A stretch of 64,000 bases of DNA from Chiloscyllium plagiosum (taxonomy: Eukaryota). The stretch covers positions 90,935,353 to 90,999,352 of the forward strand of contig NC_057718.1 of NCBI RefSeq assembly GCF_004010195.1, written 5' to 3'. The translations under genes were made by a program, and so were the position numbers. The notes under the pieces were generated by a model that saw nothing but the letters and a program-made list of their open reading frames with translations, was not told the origin of the DNA and did not search any database. Positions 50,102 through 61,412 of the stretch are shown piece by piece (position 1 is the stretch's first letter; each line of letters starts with the position of its first letter).

Positions 50102-51319
50102 ATAATCCATGGCATTGATGATGATTAAGCCCACCCATGCCCCAGTATTTACAGGAAGGGCAGAAAGGGTACAGGGGAGAGAGGAAACCACTGGAGAATG
50201 TGTCAAGCCCAACAATGCAGAGGTCCTATTCCAATTTAAGGCAGGAGGTCGGTTTTTGTTTCTTCCTATTCCCATTCTTAGGATAATTGTCAGCTGGGGG
50301 TGGAGGTCAAAGATCAGGGTCTGCAGCCAGCTCTCTTCGCTGTCTCATCAGTGACCTTCTGTTAATCAGAACATCAGAAGTGATGATGTTTGCTGCAGAC
50401 CCCTTGGATATTGAACCAAGCTATGCACTATGTCCTGCAAAACCTGGGCAACATTCAGGCATGGGATAATAAGTAGCAAGTAACATGATCCCTCCACACA
50501 ACTGGTAAGCAATGGGCATCTCCAACAAAAGGAAATCAAACCATTAAATGGTATACTTTTGAATGCCATGTGTCAGACAATGATCGTCGCCAACAAGAAA
50601 GAATCTGTTTAACTGGTCAATGGCAGTCAGCTGTATCCATTGTTGAATGGATTTTTGACCAGTAACTGCATTGAACTTGCTGATGAAATAATGTGGCTAC
50701 AGAAGCTGGGAATTGTGCAGAAGGTAACTTGCCTGCTCACTGCCTAGAGACCAGGCACATGTCAGTCAGGTGACGGAATCCTTCTTCTTGCCTGGAGGAG
50801 TGTAACTCCAAGAAAACGCTGGGAGCTTGACATTGTCCAACACAAAGCATCTTGCTTCAACTATACCTCTGTTTATTCACTCCTCCACTAGCGTAACATG
50901 TACAGGCAACAGCTTTCCAAGGCCCCTTTGACTGTACTTCCCATCTCACAACACCTTTCACTAAGGACAAAGGCTTTAGCACCACATGCAAGTTTCCCTT
51001 CAACTCAAACACCATCCTGACTTGGAAATACCCTGCCACTCCTCCTCCTCCATCACTGAATCAAAATCCTGGAATTCCTTATTTCTGGGAGCTCTTTCAC
51101 CACAGATACTGCAGCAGTTCAAGAAGGCAACCTTCTGTCAGGGTTCTTGAGATGGTCAGTAAACACTGAGTGCCCATATCTTATGTACAAAAGAATATGC
51201 ACTTTGGAATGGCTGCAGGTGCACATGCTGACATTTTGATGTGTTCAAAGTTTGTGCGAAGATTTGTAGCTCGGGTGCTCGTTGTTGTGGTTCTGTTCGC
51301 CGAGCTGGAAGTTTTTGTT

Positions 51320-51359
51320 GCAAACGTTTCGTCCCCTGGCTAGGCGACATCATCAGTGC
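51320..51359 (-). ncRNA. Minimal type I hammerhead ribozyme, identical inverted copy
   Basis: Exact reverse complement of 51576-51615. Confidence 0.8.
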
Positions 51360-51575
51360 TTGGGAGCCTCCTGCGAAGCGCTTCTTTGATGTTTCCTCCG
51401 GTGTTTATAGTGGTCTGTCCCTGCCGCTTCCGGTTGTCGGTTTCAGCTGTCCGCTGTAGTGGTTGGTATATTGGGTCCAGGTCGATGTGTTTGTTGATGG
51501 AGTTTGTGGATGAATGCCGTGCCTCCTAGAGGCATCAAAGAAACATCAAAGAAGCGTTTCGCAGGAGGCTCCCAA

Positions 51576-51615
51576 GCACTGATGATGTCGCCTAGCCAGG
51601 GGACGAAACGTTTGC
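51576..51615 (+). ncRNA. Minimal type I hammerhead ribozyme, intact core
   Basis: GCA-CTGATGA-T-GTCGCC-TAGCCA-GGGGAC-GAAA-CG-TT-TGC. Stem I GCA/TGC, stem II 5 of 6 pairs, palindromic AAACGTTT in place of helix III. Confidence 0.8.
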
Positions 51616-53289
51616 AACAAAAACTTCCAGCTCGGCGAACAGAACCACAACATTTTGATGTGTTCCCACTTTTCAGTGGATCAGTGGAGTGCTGTTGGTC
51701 TGGGAGGCTCATCTGACTGTCTGTCTGATTTCCCTTATCTATTTATGCTGCCTTGGGATTTACACCTTTTTGTTTTTTTTCTCTTTTGTCTGCCACAGCT
51801 GTTCAAACATAATTGCTTATATGTGGTTTGTGGGCATGAAATTCAGCTACTTTGTATAATCAAAGGCAAAACGAGATGAATCACACCTGCCTGGACAGGC
51901 CCCATCAGAAACACAGTGGACAAAAGAAAGCATATTTGTATAAAGATGAACGAGGATGGATCAAGGGAATTCCCCAAGTTGGCTGTTCTTGAAGAGCTTT
52001 TGTATTTTGGCTGAACCCTTGGCAGGTATTTGATACACCACCTCTGATGTGCCTTTTCTGTTGATGAGATGACCATTTTGCTGATGAGAACACTGCTTCT
52101 CAGTCTTCCTTCTCCAAGTACTTTTATTTGTTTGCAAGAGGCACAGAGTGACTGGTTCACGCTTATAAAAGTGTTTGGCTTATGAGTTAAACATTACAGC
52201 TTACCGAAACTGATATGGGGAAATAAATTGTTTAAAGTTTGAGATACTTTCTATTGCAGGGGAGCAACAGCTCATTTCTTACCAGAGGTCTGATGACTTC
52301 TACCTCAAACGTTCACATGCACAAGCTGTTCATGTGGGAGCAGGTTACAGTTGTTAACAAGTGGGGGGAGGCCTTTGGTAGGCATAACTGGTCACCATTT
52401 TACAGATCAATCAGCCACTTGCTGCTGGCCAAATCTCCCATTGTATATAACCCCCAGGCTCTAGCTGGTCAGTAGCTAGACTTTCCCCACTGCTTGAACC
52501 AACAGCTGTGTAAACCACACTCGCAGTGAGTGTCAGGTAACTTAATTTTCAGAAGTGCAGCAATCACTTCCATCCTTGGTTTTAAAACATTCCTTCCACC
52601 ATTTCAGTCCACAATCAAAAATACAGCAAATTATAAAGGTGCAGTCTTTGCATCATCTCTATCTTAAAAGGGAGACCCATAATTTTGAGGTGTATTCTTC
52701 CTCCTGTTTCGAGGTTCCCCCACATGGGGAAAAAACCTTCTCAAGCTTATATCCTTTTGAGATCCCTCACAATTTTAAATGTAAGTCAATGAGATAACCT
52801 TTTTATTTTCTAAATGGCAATGAGCATGACCCCAAACTGCTTCTCCTTTCTTAACACACCTCCTTCATCCTAGGAATTTGCCCAGAGAACCGTCTTTGTA
52901 TTGTCCTCACAATTAGTATTTTTACGTATCTCTGTGTCATCATCAAGTTTGACAAAAGCAAATCTTTCTTCAAATCATGAAGATAGATCATAAACAATTG
53001 ATGTTTAGCGCCAGTCCCTTTGGGACTCTGCTTGTTGTGGTTTATTAATTTGAAAACTTATAAACCATGGATACTGCTGAATGCCATTGACAGGTAAAAG
53101 GATCCTTTCTTGTTGGAGATGATCATTGTCTGACACATGGCATTCAAAAGTATACTCATTTATATTTTTGCTCGTTCTTGCCCTCTCTCTCTCCAGGAAA
53201 GGTAGGACTTGAACCCGGACCATTCAGCCCAGAGTTGATGACATTTTCACTGATCTACAAGATCCTACTTAGTCTTAAAGATCAGGTAC

Positions 53290-53985
53290 TTTCAAATTGC
53301 ATTTTGGGAAAGCAAATCTTAGCAGGACTTATACACCTAATGGTAAGATCCTTGGGAGTGTTGCTGAACAAAGACACCTAGGAGTGCAGGTTCATTGCTC
53401 CTTAAAAGTGGAGTTGCAGTGAAGAAGGTGTTTGGTATGCTTTCCTTTATTGGTCAGAGTATTGAGTACAGGAGTTGGGAGATCATGTTGTGGCTGTACA
53501 GGACATTAGTTAGGCCACAGTTGGAATATTGCATGCAGTTCTGGTCTCCTTCCTATCGAAAAGACATTGTGAAACTTGCAAGGTTTCAGAAAAAATTTAC
53601 AAGGATATTGCCAGGGTTGGAGGATTTGAGCTATAGGGAGAGGTTGAACAGGCTGGGGCTGTTTTCCCTGGAGCGTCGGAGGTTGAGGGGTGACCTTATA
53701 GAGGTTTATAAAATCATGAGGGGAATGGATCGAATAAATAGATAAGGGGCAACTTTTTCACGCAGATGGTAGTATGTGTGTGGAATGAGCTGTCAGAGGA
53801 AGTGGTGGAGGCTTGTTCAAATGCAACATTTAAAAGGCATCTGGATGGGTATATGAATAGGAAGGGTTTGGAGGGATATGGGCTAGGTGCTGGCAGGTAG
53901 GACTAGATTGGGTTGGGATATTTGGTCGGCATGGATGAGTTGGACTGAGGGGTCTGTTTTGTGCTGTACATCTCTATGACTCTCG
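53290..53985 (+). mobile_element. CR1/HER1 LINE 3' fragment (internal deletion at about 53742)
   Basis: ORF 53395-53745 encodes the CR1 C-terminus; tail TCTCTATGACTCT. Confidence 0.9.
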
Positions 53986-53999
53986 TACAATCTGTACCT

Positions 54000-54880
54000 G
54001 AAGGTATGATTACTAAGTGTGCAGGTGACACCAAAATTGATGGTATAATGGACAATGAAGATGATTATCTGAGTATACCAAGACCTTGACCACATGGGCA
54101 AATAGGCTGAGGAGTACAGATAGAGTTTACCATAGATAAATGTGATTGTTACATTTTGATAAGGTAAGTCAGGGCAGGACTTGTACAGTTAGTGGTAGGC
54201 CCTGAGGAGTGTTGCCAAACAAAGGGACCTAGGGGTGCAGGTGCATAGTTTGTTGAAAGTGGAGTTGCAGGTAGACAGGGTGGTGAAGAAGGTGTTTGGC
54301 ACACTTGCCTTTATTGGTCAGTGCATTGAGTGTAGGAGTTGGGAGGTCATGATGGGGCTGTACAGGACATTGGTTCGGTCACTTTTAGAATACTAGGTTA
54401 AATTCTGGTCACCCTACTATAGAAAAGATGTTGTTAAATTTGAAAGGGTGTAAGAAAGATTTACAAGGATGTTGCCAGGATTGGAGGGTTTGAGCTACAG
54501 GGAGGCTGAATAGGCTGGGCTCTTTTCCCCCCCTTGTGCATCAGAAGCTGAGAGGTGACCTTCTAGAGATTTCTACAATCGTGAAGGGCATGGATAGGGT
54601 AAATAGTCAAGGTCTTTGTCCCAGGGTAGGGGAGTCCAAAACTAGAGGGCATTGGTTTAAGGTGAGAGGGGAAAGATTGAAAAGGGATCTGAGGGGTAGC
54701 GTTTTTCATGTAGAGGGTGACCCATGTATGGATGAGTTGCCATTGGAAATGATGGAGGTGGGTATATGAATAGGAAGGATGTAGAGGGATAGGGGCCAAA
54801 AGCTGGCAAATGGCTCTGGATTAGTTCAGGAGATCTGGTCAGCATGAGTTCGACAGAAGGGTCTGTTTCCATGCTGTATA
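54000..54880 (+). mobile_element. CR1/HER1 LINE 3' fragment, head-to-tail with the previous copy
   Basis: 'KCAGDTKIDG' remnant through to the 3' UTR. Confidence 0.85.
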
Positions 54881-55399
54881 AATCTGACACAATAATTCTA
54901 TCAGTTACATTCTTGACACTTACCATACTCTTGTGATTCAGGTGGAGCACATCCCATCAGAACAGCTCCCTCCGTCTGCAGCACTGATGCCAGTGTTGTA
55001 TGATTTCGAACCTGTTTCTCCCAAACCAATCTTTGAGCCAAAGTTTACCTCATCTTTGGCAAGAGAGTGGTGAACCTTTTGAATTCATTACCACAGAAGG
55101 CTGTGGAGGTCAGGTCACTGAGTACACTTAAGACAGACTTAGGTTCTTGATATCAAGGGCTATGAGGAGACAGCAGGAGAATTGGGTTGAGAAACTTAGC
55201 CATGACTGAAGGGTGGACAGACTCGTTGAGGTGAATGGCCTTAATTTCTGTTCCTATGTCTTATGGTCTCATGGTCTTAATCTTGTTGACCCTTTGCCAA
55301 TTTGCTCTTGGTTCACATGATAATCCATTTGATTCTGCTTTTTAATTTAAACCCTAGTAGCTCATATTCCTTCAGCAAAACCTGTTTCTATCTATATGA

Positions 55400-55524
55400 T
55401 TAAATTAAATTACTTACAGTGTGGAAACAAGCCCTTCGGCCCAACAAGTCCACACCGCCCCGCCGAAGCGCAACACACCCATACCCCTACATTTACCCCT
55501 TACCTAACACTACGGGCAATTTAG
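55400..55524 (-). mobile_element. Young 5'-truncated HE1 SINE
   Basis: Nearly identical to 22582-22690. Confidence 0.85.
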
Positions 55525-56110
55525 TATCAATATCATTGATACCTGCATGGACCTCAGCAACTGAATCTTCCTCTCCCATTCCAAGTTCCTCTGCAGCCCA
55601 GATGAGATTTCCTGAACCTGGTAGGCAACACAGTATTTGAGATTCTTTGTTCTCTGTGGCCAGGATCATGTGTATTCCCTGACTATGCTATCCCTGATGA
55701 CAATTACATTTCTCATTTTTTCCCCCTCCACCCCTTGAATGGGTCTTTTTACCATGGTCCTATGGTCAGTTTGCTCATCGTCCCTACAGCCCTGCGCTCA
55801 TCCACACAGGGAGTGAGAATCTCAAACCTGTTTGACAAGCTCCAGGGCTGAGGCTCCTTCAGCTCTACCTGCCTCGCTCATAGTCCCACCTTCCTGTCCC
55901 TGACAACTGACCGAATTAGAGGTAATGTAAGGAGTATAACTGCCTCCTGAAACACAGCACCCACTCCCTGATGTGTCGCAGTGTTCAAAACTCAGAGTCC
56001 AGCTCATCAACTCTGAGTCAGAGTTCCTCAACAACCAGCACTTGCTATGGATGTGGTCACTTTGAACTATGATTGGGTCCACCAGCTCCCACATCCCATT
56101 GTTACAACAT
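55525..56110 (-). mobile_element. CR1 LINE ORF1 relic (Zn-finger/coiled-coil N-terminus plus esterase)
   Basis: 'MWELVDPIIVQSDHIHSKCWLL' (C..C.MWE...C.KC type), then manual translation 'CCLPGSG...AEVHAGINDI' (esterase block). Confidence 0.7.
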
Positions 56111-57789
56111 GCCTACTGGCCTGGCATCTCTCTTTTAATAGCTTAATTCTTAATTTGATTTTTAAAAAATTCCTGTCAGCCTTTTAGTTTGTAATTTCTA
56201 AATATTTCTCCTATTTACCTTCAATCTGAAAGAAACCTGTAACATAGGTATCACCAACCAATGAACTTACTGTATACTTGTGATGGAACACTTTTGCACT
56301 GAGCCCCTGATCCTGGGCTTTAATCTTGTTTTTTAAAAAACACTTCATAAACTATGAGCCAAAAGAAAGCAGCTCTTCCCCTCTGCACTGAATTCCCACG
56401 CTGGCTCCAAATTCCTTGAGCTACACACCCACTCGGGCTGGGTCTCACTTTGGATGTGATCTCTCCTTCCTGACTGTGCAAAGCTTACTGAACCTGTACC
56501 TTTGTTGTAAATCTTTTTAAGACCCTAAGATGCAGGCCACTGGGTCTCACAGAATTGTCAAATTTTTTCTCCTTGTAGATTTCCCAGTACTTTTTCTTTC
56601 ATAATTACAACTGTTTTGAGTTCTTCCCTTCCTTCTGTGCCTTCTTTTAACTCCTCTGCATCTGCATGTTTCTCCTTGAAGACAGATCTTTCTCTTTAGT
56701 CAAGCTGTCAGTTAGCCCTCTTGATGTCGTTTTTGGCTTAGCAACAAGCTTAGTACCTCTGTGTAGGACCTTGAGAAAAATGTTTCTTTGCTAAAGATGC
56801 CATGTAAATGCAAATTATTATATAGTACTATATTGTAATGTATCTGCACAGTTTTGCAGTTTGAACACTTCTCAGCTGAACTACAGTCCTCTGTACACTA
56901 TGCAATGTGGATTGGCATGACTGCCATGCCTCGTAATAAATACATGGATTGGATGGTATGGACGTGTATTGCAGTGGTGTTCCAGTCATCATTTTTGCTT
57001 TTGCAGAAATGTTCTTTCACCTTTTTTAGGATCAACAGTACTAAGATGGACCAATTCTTCTGATCTTACTTAGTTACTATCTGCTGGTCCAGTTTAACTT
57101 ATATCATAGCTTTGTTGTAGCTTTTAAAAATCTTTAATAATAACCTTTTTTAAGGTGAGTTTGTGCGGAGTTTAATCCTGACTTGTCACTGCACTGACCC
57201 ACTGGTGTCAATGCTGACTTTACTCTGAAGCAGAGTGGGGTGCTACTCCACAGAGAGCTAAGGTTTTGATTTTGCACTGTTCAGTATGAGGCAGTCAAAC
57301 CTATGCTGCAAAATGTCCATCAGGTTTGTTAATTCCAAGTGTGAGGGGAGTAAAGATTCTCTTGTTTCTGGTCTGTAGTCATTGAAATTAGAATTAGCTT
57401 TATTGTCACATGTACTCAGAGTTTACAAGTCACCACTTATGGCGCCATCTTAGGGACAAAGGTACCTCGGTCCAGATTCTGGAGTACAAATTTTTAAGAA
57501 AAAAAAAGAATTAAGAAGTTCAGCATTACAGACCTTCAAAAGTACAAAATCATAGAAAATAAATTAGAAAAATAAAGAGATTAAAAAGTTTAGAATAACA
57601 GTCCTTCCACCATAATATACTGAAAGGGGGGGAAAAAATTAGAGAATTTAAGACAAGTCCACTTAGTCCATTTCATGGCTCTGGCTCAAAAGCATGACCC
57701 CCCCTCCTGGTTAGAATACTGGACCCACCACGATTGCCGAAGAAAGTGCTGCATGGAGTCACAGACCGACTGAAGCTGCTGTAAGGAGA

Positions 57790-58001
57790 AAATCAACTAG
57801 GTAAAAGTGAGGACTGCAGATGCTGGAAATCAGAGTCTAGATTAGAGTGGTGCTGGAAAAGCACAGCAGGTCAGGCAGCATCCGAGGAGTAGGAAAATCG
57901 ACATTTCGTCCTGATGAAGGGTTTTTGCCCGAAACATCGATTTTCCTGCTCCTGGGATGCTGCCTGACCTGCTGTGCTTTTCCAGCACCAGTCTGATCTT
58001 G
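57790..58001. mobile_element. Fold-back family A HHR element
   Basis: 15-bp TSD GCTGCTGTAA(G/T)GAGA at 57775-57789 and 58002-58016. Plus-strand core TC-CTGATGA-A-GGGT-TTTT-GCCC-GAAA-CA-TC-GA at 57909-57940. The arms nearly abut. Confidence 0.9.
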
Positions 58002-58659
58002 GCTGCTGTAATGAGAGCCAGACCGATGCCGATGAATACAGCCACCGAGGCTGCCTGAAGGAATCCCAGACCAGACCAGACCAGCCATTTATTGCTTTTG
58101 CCAAAAGCTCTGTGAGCCAACCCAATTTGCGTGCAGGCCAGTCCATCATCCAGTTAGATTTCTTTTCAGCTAGTATGGTGAATAAGAGAGCTCCTGTTTA
58201 GTAAGAGTGGTTTCCTGTAGAGATTAGCAGAAATAATAGCACGTGGGATTGGAATTAACCTTCTTGTATGGTTTGGGAAGTAGGAGAATTGTGATAACAG
58301 GAAGGTCGGCGGAGAAAGAATGTTCTGGTATTAACGGGTTGTGACAGGTTCTATTTGCTAGTGAACTGTTTCAACCTTTTTCCAAATATATTACTGACTG
58401 ATGAAGGAGATGAGAGCATTGTAGACTTAATTTGGCGGTGACACTGAGTACGGAATCCCAGTGCATTGTGTGGGAGGGAGCAGTCCATTGCAGGATGTAC
58501 TGTGGCCATTCCCTGTGGCCTCTTGAGGAGTCACTATGAAACACCCATCCATCTAGAAGATGACAAACGTGGATGGGATCAGCATCAGCACAAAGTTCTC
58601 CTCCTTTTACATAAAATACTACCAAGAATGGCAGAGGCTGGAAATCAGAAGGTGGAGGG

Positions 58660-59265
58660 TGTTTGGATTCCAAAGTTATCAAACTCGATATAGTGTCCCG
58701 AAGACTGTAAAGGGCCCCCAAGCAAAATAATGATATGCTGTTCTCCCAGCTTGAACAGGGCCTCATCAGGAACTGCAGCGGGCCTGAGACAGAGATGTTG
58801 CCAAGGGAACATGGTGATGTGTTGAAATGGCAGGCAACTGGAAGCTCAGAGTCTGTGGACGGAATGTAGGTGTTCTGCAGAGCGGTCACTCAGTCTGCAT
58901 TTTGCGTAGAGGAAAACCCAAACACCTTCTATGTCCTTTTACCTACCCCTATACCTCAGGCTCTGTCATGAACTGGGCTGCTTTCGGCAAAGCCAACCTA
59001 TTTTCACCTCCTCGTTGTCCCCGTTATCAGCTTTTCTCCTTCCCTGGCATTCTATCAACTATCCCTTTGTCTGCCTAACTGTTGTCTCTCTTTCTCATCT
59101 CCACTTTACCATTAGCTCCTCTCTTCCTCCCGATGTCTTCAGCATATATACTACCTTCTCCTTACTACTACTATCCGTTCAGAAGAAGGGTCGCTGGACT
59201 CGAAACATTATTTTGTTTTCACTCCACAGATGCTGCCCGATCTGCTGAGTTCCTCCATCAAGGGT
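58660..59265. mobile_element. Old Penelope-like relic: GIY-YIG C-terminus (-) plus inverted pLTR with decayed HHR (+)
   Basis: 'ELPVACHFNTSPCSLGNISVSG...LFCLGAL' on the minus strand. CAGAAGA-A-GGGTC-GCTG-GACTC-GAAA-CATT at about 59180-59210, followed by a family D-like tail. Confidence 0.65.
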
Positions 59266-59374
59266 GTTTTTGACTCCTCCATGTACATTCTGACTGGGTG
59301 TTTGTCGGCATTCATTCATTGTCGATACATTAAAACTTGCATTTAAATCCTGGAATTCCCCTACCTGAATGTAC

Positions 59375-59620
59375 AGGTGCCAATGTTGGACAAGGTCAAA
59401 AAAATCACCAGGTTATAGTCCAATGGGTTTATTTGAAAATACTAGCTTTTGGAGCGCTGCTCCTTCATCAGGTGTTAGTGAGAGAGGAAGATCTTTGACA
59501 CAGAATTTATAAGGAAAAGATGATAGGGTCATACAACTCATGTAAACGGATTGAACACACTTGGACAAGGTTAAAAAAAAACCACATGACAACAGGTTAT
59601 AGTTCAAGGGATTTATTAAG
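59375..59620 (-). mobile_element. Family B fragments (two)
   Basis: Reverse complement CAC-CTGATGA-A-GGAGC-AGC-GCTCC-AAAA-GC-TA-GT at about 59441-59474. A second stub lies at 59560-59617. Confidence 0.75.
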
Positions 59621-60235
59621 TAGGTATCCTGCCAGTAACTTAGGACAGCTACAAATGCTACTTTTTTGTATAAAGGGAGCAGCAAATAATGAGGTGTGTA
59701 GTTTAGTTATCCATTACAAAGCCTCTTGCAATGTTGAGTGTAGACATGAGGTACTTCCAGCAGTAAATATCAGCAGGCAGTTTCATGTGATAGGGACTGG
59801 GATACACGGCCACAAGTGCTGCTTTGGGTCGTGTCTCATCTTCCACTTAATGGAGAAGATGTAATCTCTGGCCTGTGTAATTTCGGTTGAACATTTGTCT
59901 GCTGTGTCTGGGAGAGTTGGTTGGCAGGTGCCTATGCAGTTCAGTTAGTGATGGGATGTTGGTTCTTTCAGCTGCATGCACACCACTTGGCTGCAGGGAC
60001 ACTGACTGCCATTTCCCAGGATGTCCCTCTGGTTTGGTGGTGGGTTTCTCAAATCTTCATGAATTGGGATGTGGCTCATGATTTATATCCTTCTCGGGCT
60101 CTGTACCAGTCTTATTTACCACCCACTGTTGAATCCAGATGCTGATGTGAAGGGCCTGGAAATGTGAATAGTGTCTTCCCCAAACCAAAGACAGATTGAG
60201 AAGCCTCTACTCAAATAGACTTGTTCACAAAAACA

Positions 60236-60350
60236 AGAGAGAAAGTGAGGACTGCAAGAACGATCAAGGGCTTATACCCAAAATATCAATTGTCCTGCTG
60301 CTCATATGCGGCCTGACCTGCTTTGCTGTTCCAGCTCCATGCTTTTTGAC
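60236..60350. mobile_element. Family A element with 3' stub plus inverted arm
   Basis: 16-bp TSD CTTGTTCACAA(A/G)AACA at 60220-60235 and 60351-60366. Confidence 0.8.
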
Positions 60351-60670
60351 CTTGTTCACAAGAACAGCACTGCTGACCATCATGTGCTTTGTCAATTGCA
60401 ACCAATTCTGAGTTGGCCCGTGAGATGCAAGAGCAGAATGGGACCATTCGGCCCTTTGAGCCTGCTCTGCCATTCGATCATGGCTGTCATATTTCTCAAG
60501 CCAATTCTCTTGCCATCTCTCCATAAGCCATATGGTGGACAGTCTAGAAACGGTGGAAATGCCGAGGTAACTCTTCCCCCTGGAACTCTGCCCAACATGG
60601 GAAATTGTAATTATGCAGAAATGAATATTAACTTATCTAATCTTGCCATTAAACATTTCAGGAAAAAGAA

Positions 60671-60797
60671 GTTAAAAATCACACAACACCAGGTTATAGT
60701 CCAAAAGCTAGTGCTTCCAAATAAACTGTTGGACTATAACCTGGTGTTGTGTGATTTTTAACTATATCCACCCCAGTCCAACACCGGAACCCCCACC
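60671..60797. mobile_element. Fold-back family B element
   Basis: 34-bp perfect inverted repeat GTTAAAAATCACACAACACCAGGTTATAGTCCAA / TTGGACTATAACCTGGTGTTGTGTGATTTTTAAC. Confidence 0.85.
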
Positions 60798-61412
60798 TCA
60801 GAAAAACAAAATGCAGTGAGCAAGTGCAGTATTCATCTGTGATTTTGTGTGCTTTTAAATATTACGCTTACAAACACAATGAGAGCTACCTTTCTTAACT
60901 TAATATGTAGTGGGAGAAATCATATTATCAAGAATACAACAAGGTAAATAAGTGGTAGATTTCTGAAATTAATGTCCAAGGTATATAAGTTTTTAGATAT
61001 TAGGAAAAAAATTTTAAAGTTTCAACTTTTGCTCCTGCATTTATAATTATTTGTCCATGTTTCCTTTTTTATTGATTTTTATCATTAGTGGAAATAATGT
61101 TCCAGTATTTTTCTAGTCAAAACAGTTTCATAGCTTTGAAAAGCTCTTTTCAATCATTGCCTTAATCTCTTTTGTTCTAGTGCAAAAATAGCCCAGATTT
61201 CCACACCTTTCTGTATAACTGTCTTCTCATCCTTGCATCATTATGGTAAATCTTTCCATAATGTGACTTGTCCCAATAGTAGCACATTCGTGATATATTG
61301 AGGCTCCAGTTCAGTCTTAGATGAAGCATGAGTGCGGTACTGAGGGAATGCAGCACTGTCGGAAATCCTATCTTTCAGGTAAAGTATTAGAGTGATGGGC
61401 CATCTTTCTGTC

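Larger units (their letters stand above)
51247..51649 (-). mobile_element. Young Penelope-like element 3' end (Poseidon/Penelope-type) with inverted pLTR copy
   Basis: 16-bp TSD ACATTTTGATGTGTTC at 51231-51246 and 51650-51665. 112-bp inverted arms at 51284-51395 and 51540-51651 with one mismatch. The minus frame EARHSSTNSINKHIDLDPIYQPL resembles the PLE GIY-YIG C-terminus. Confidence 0.85.
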
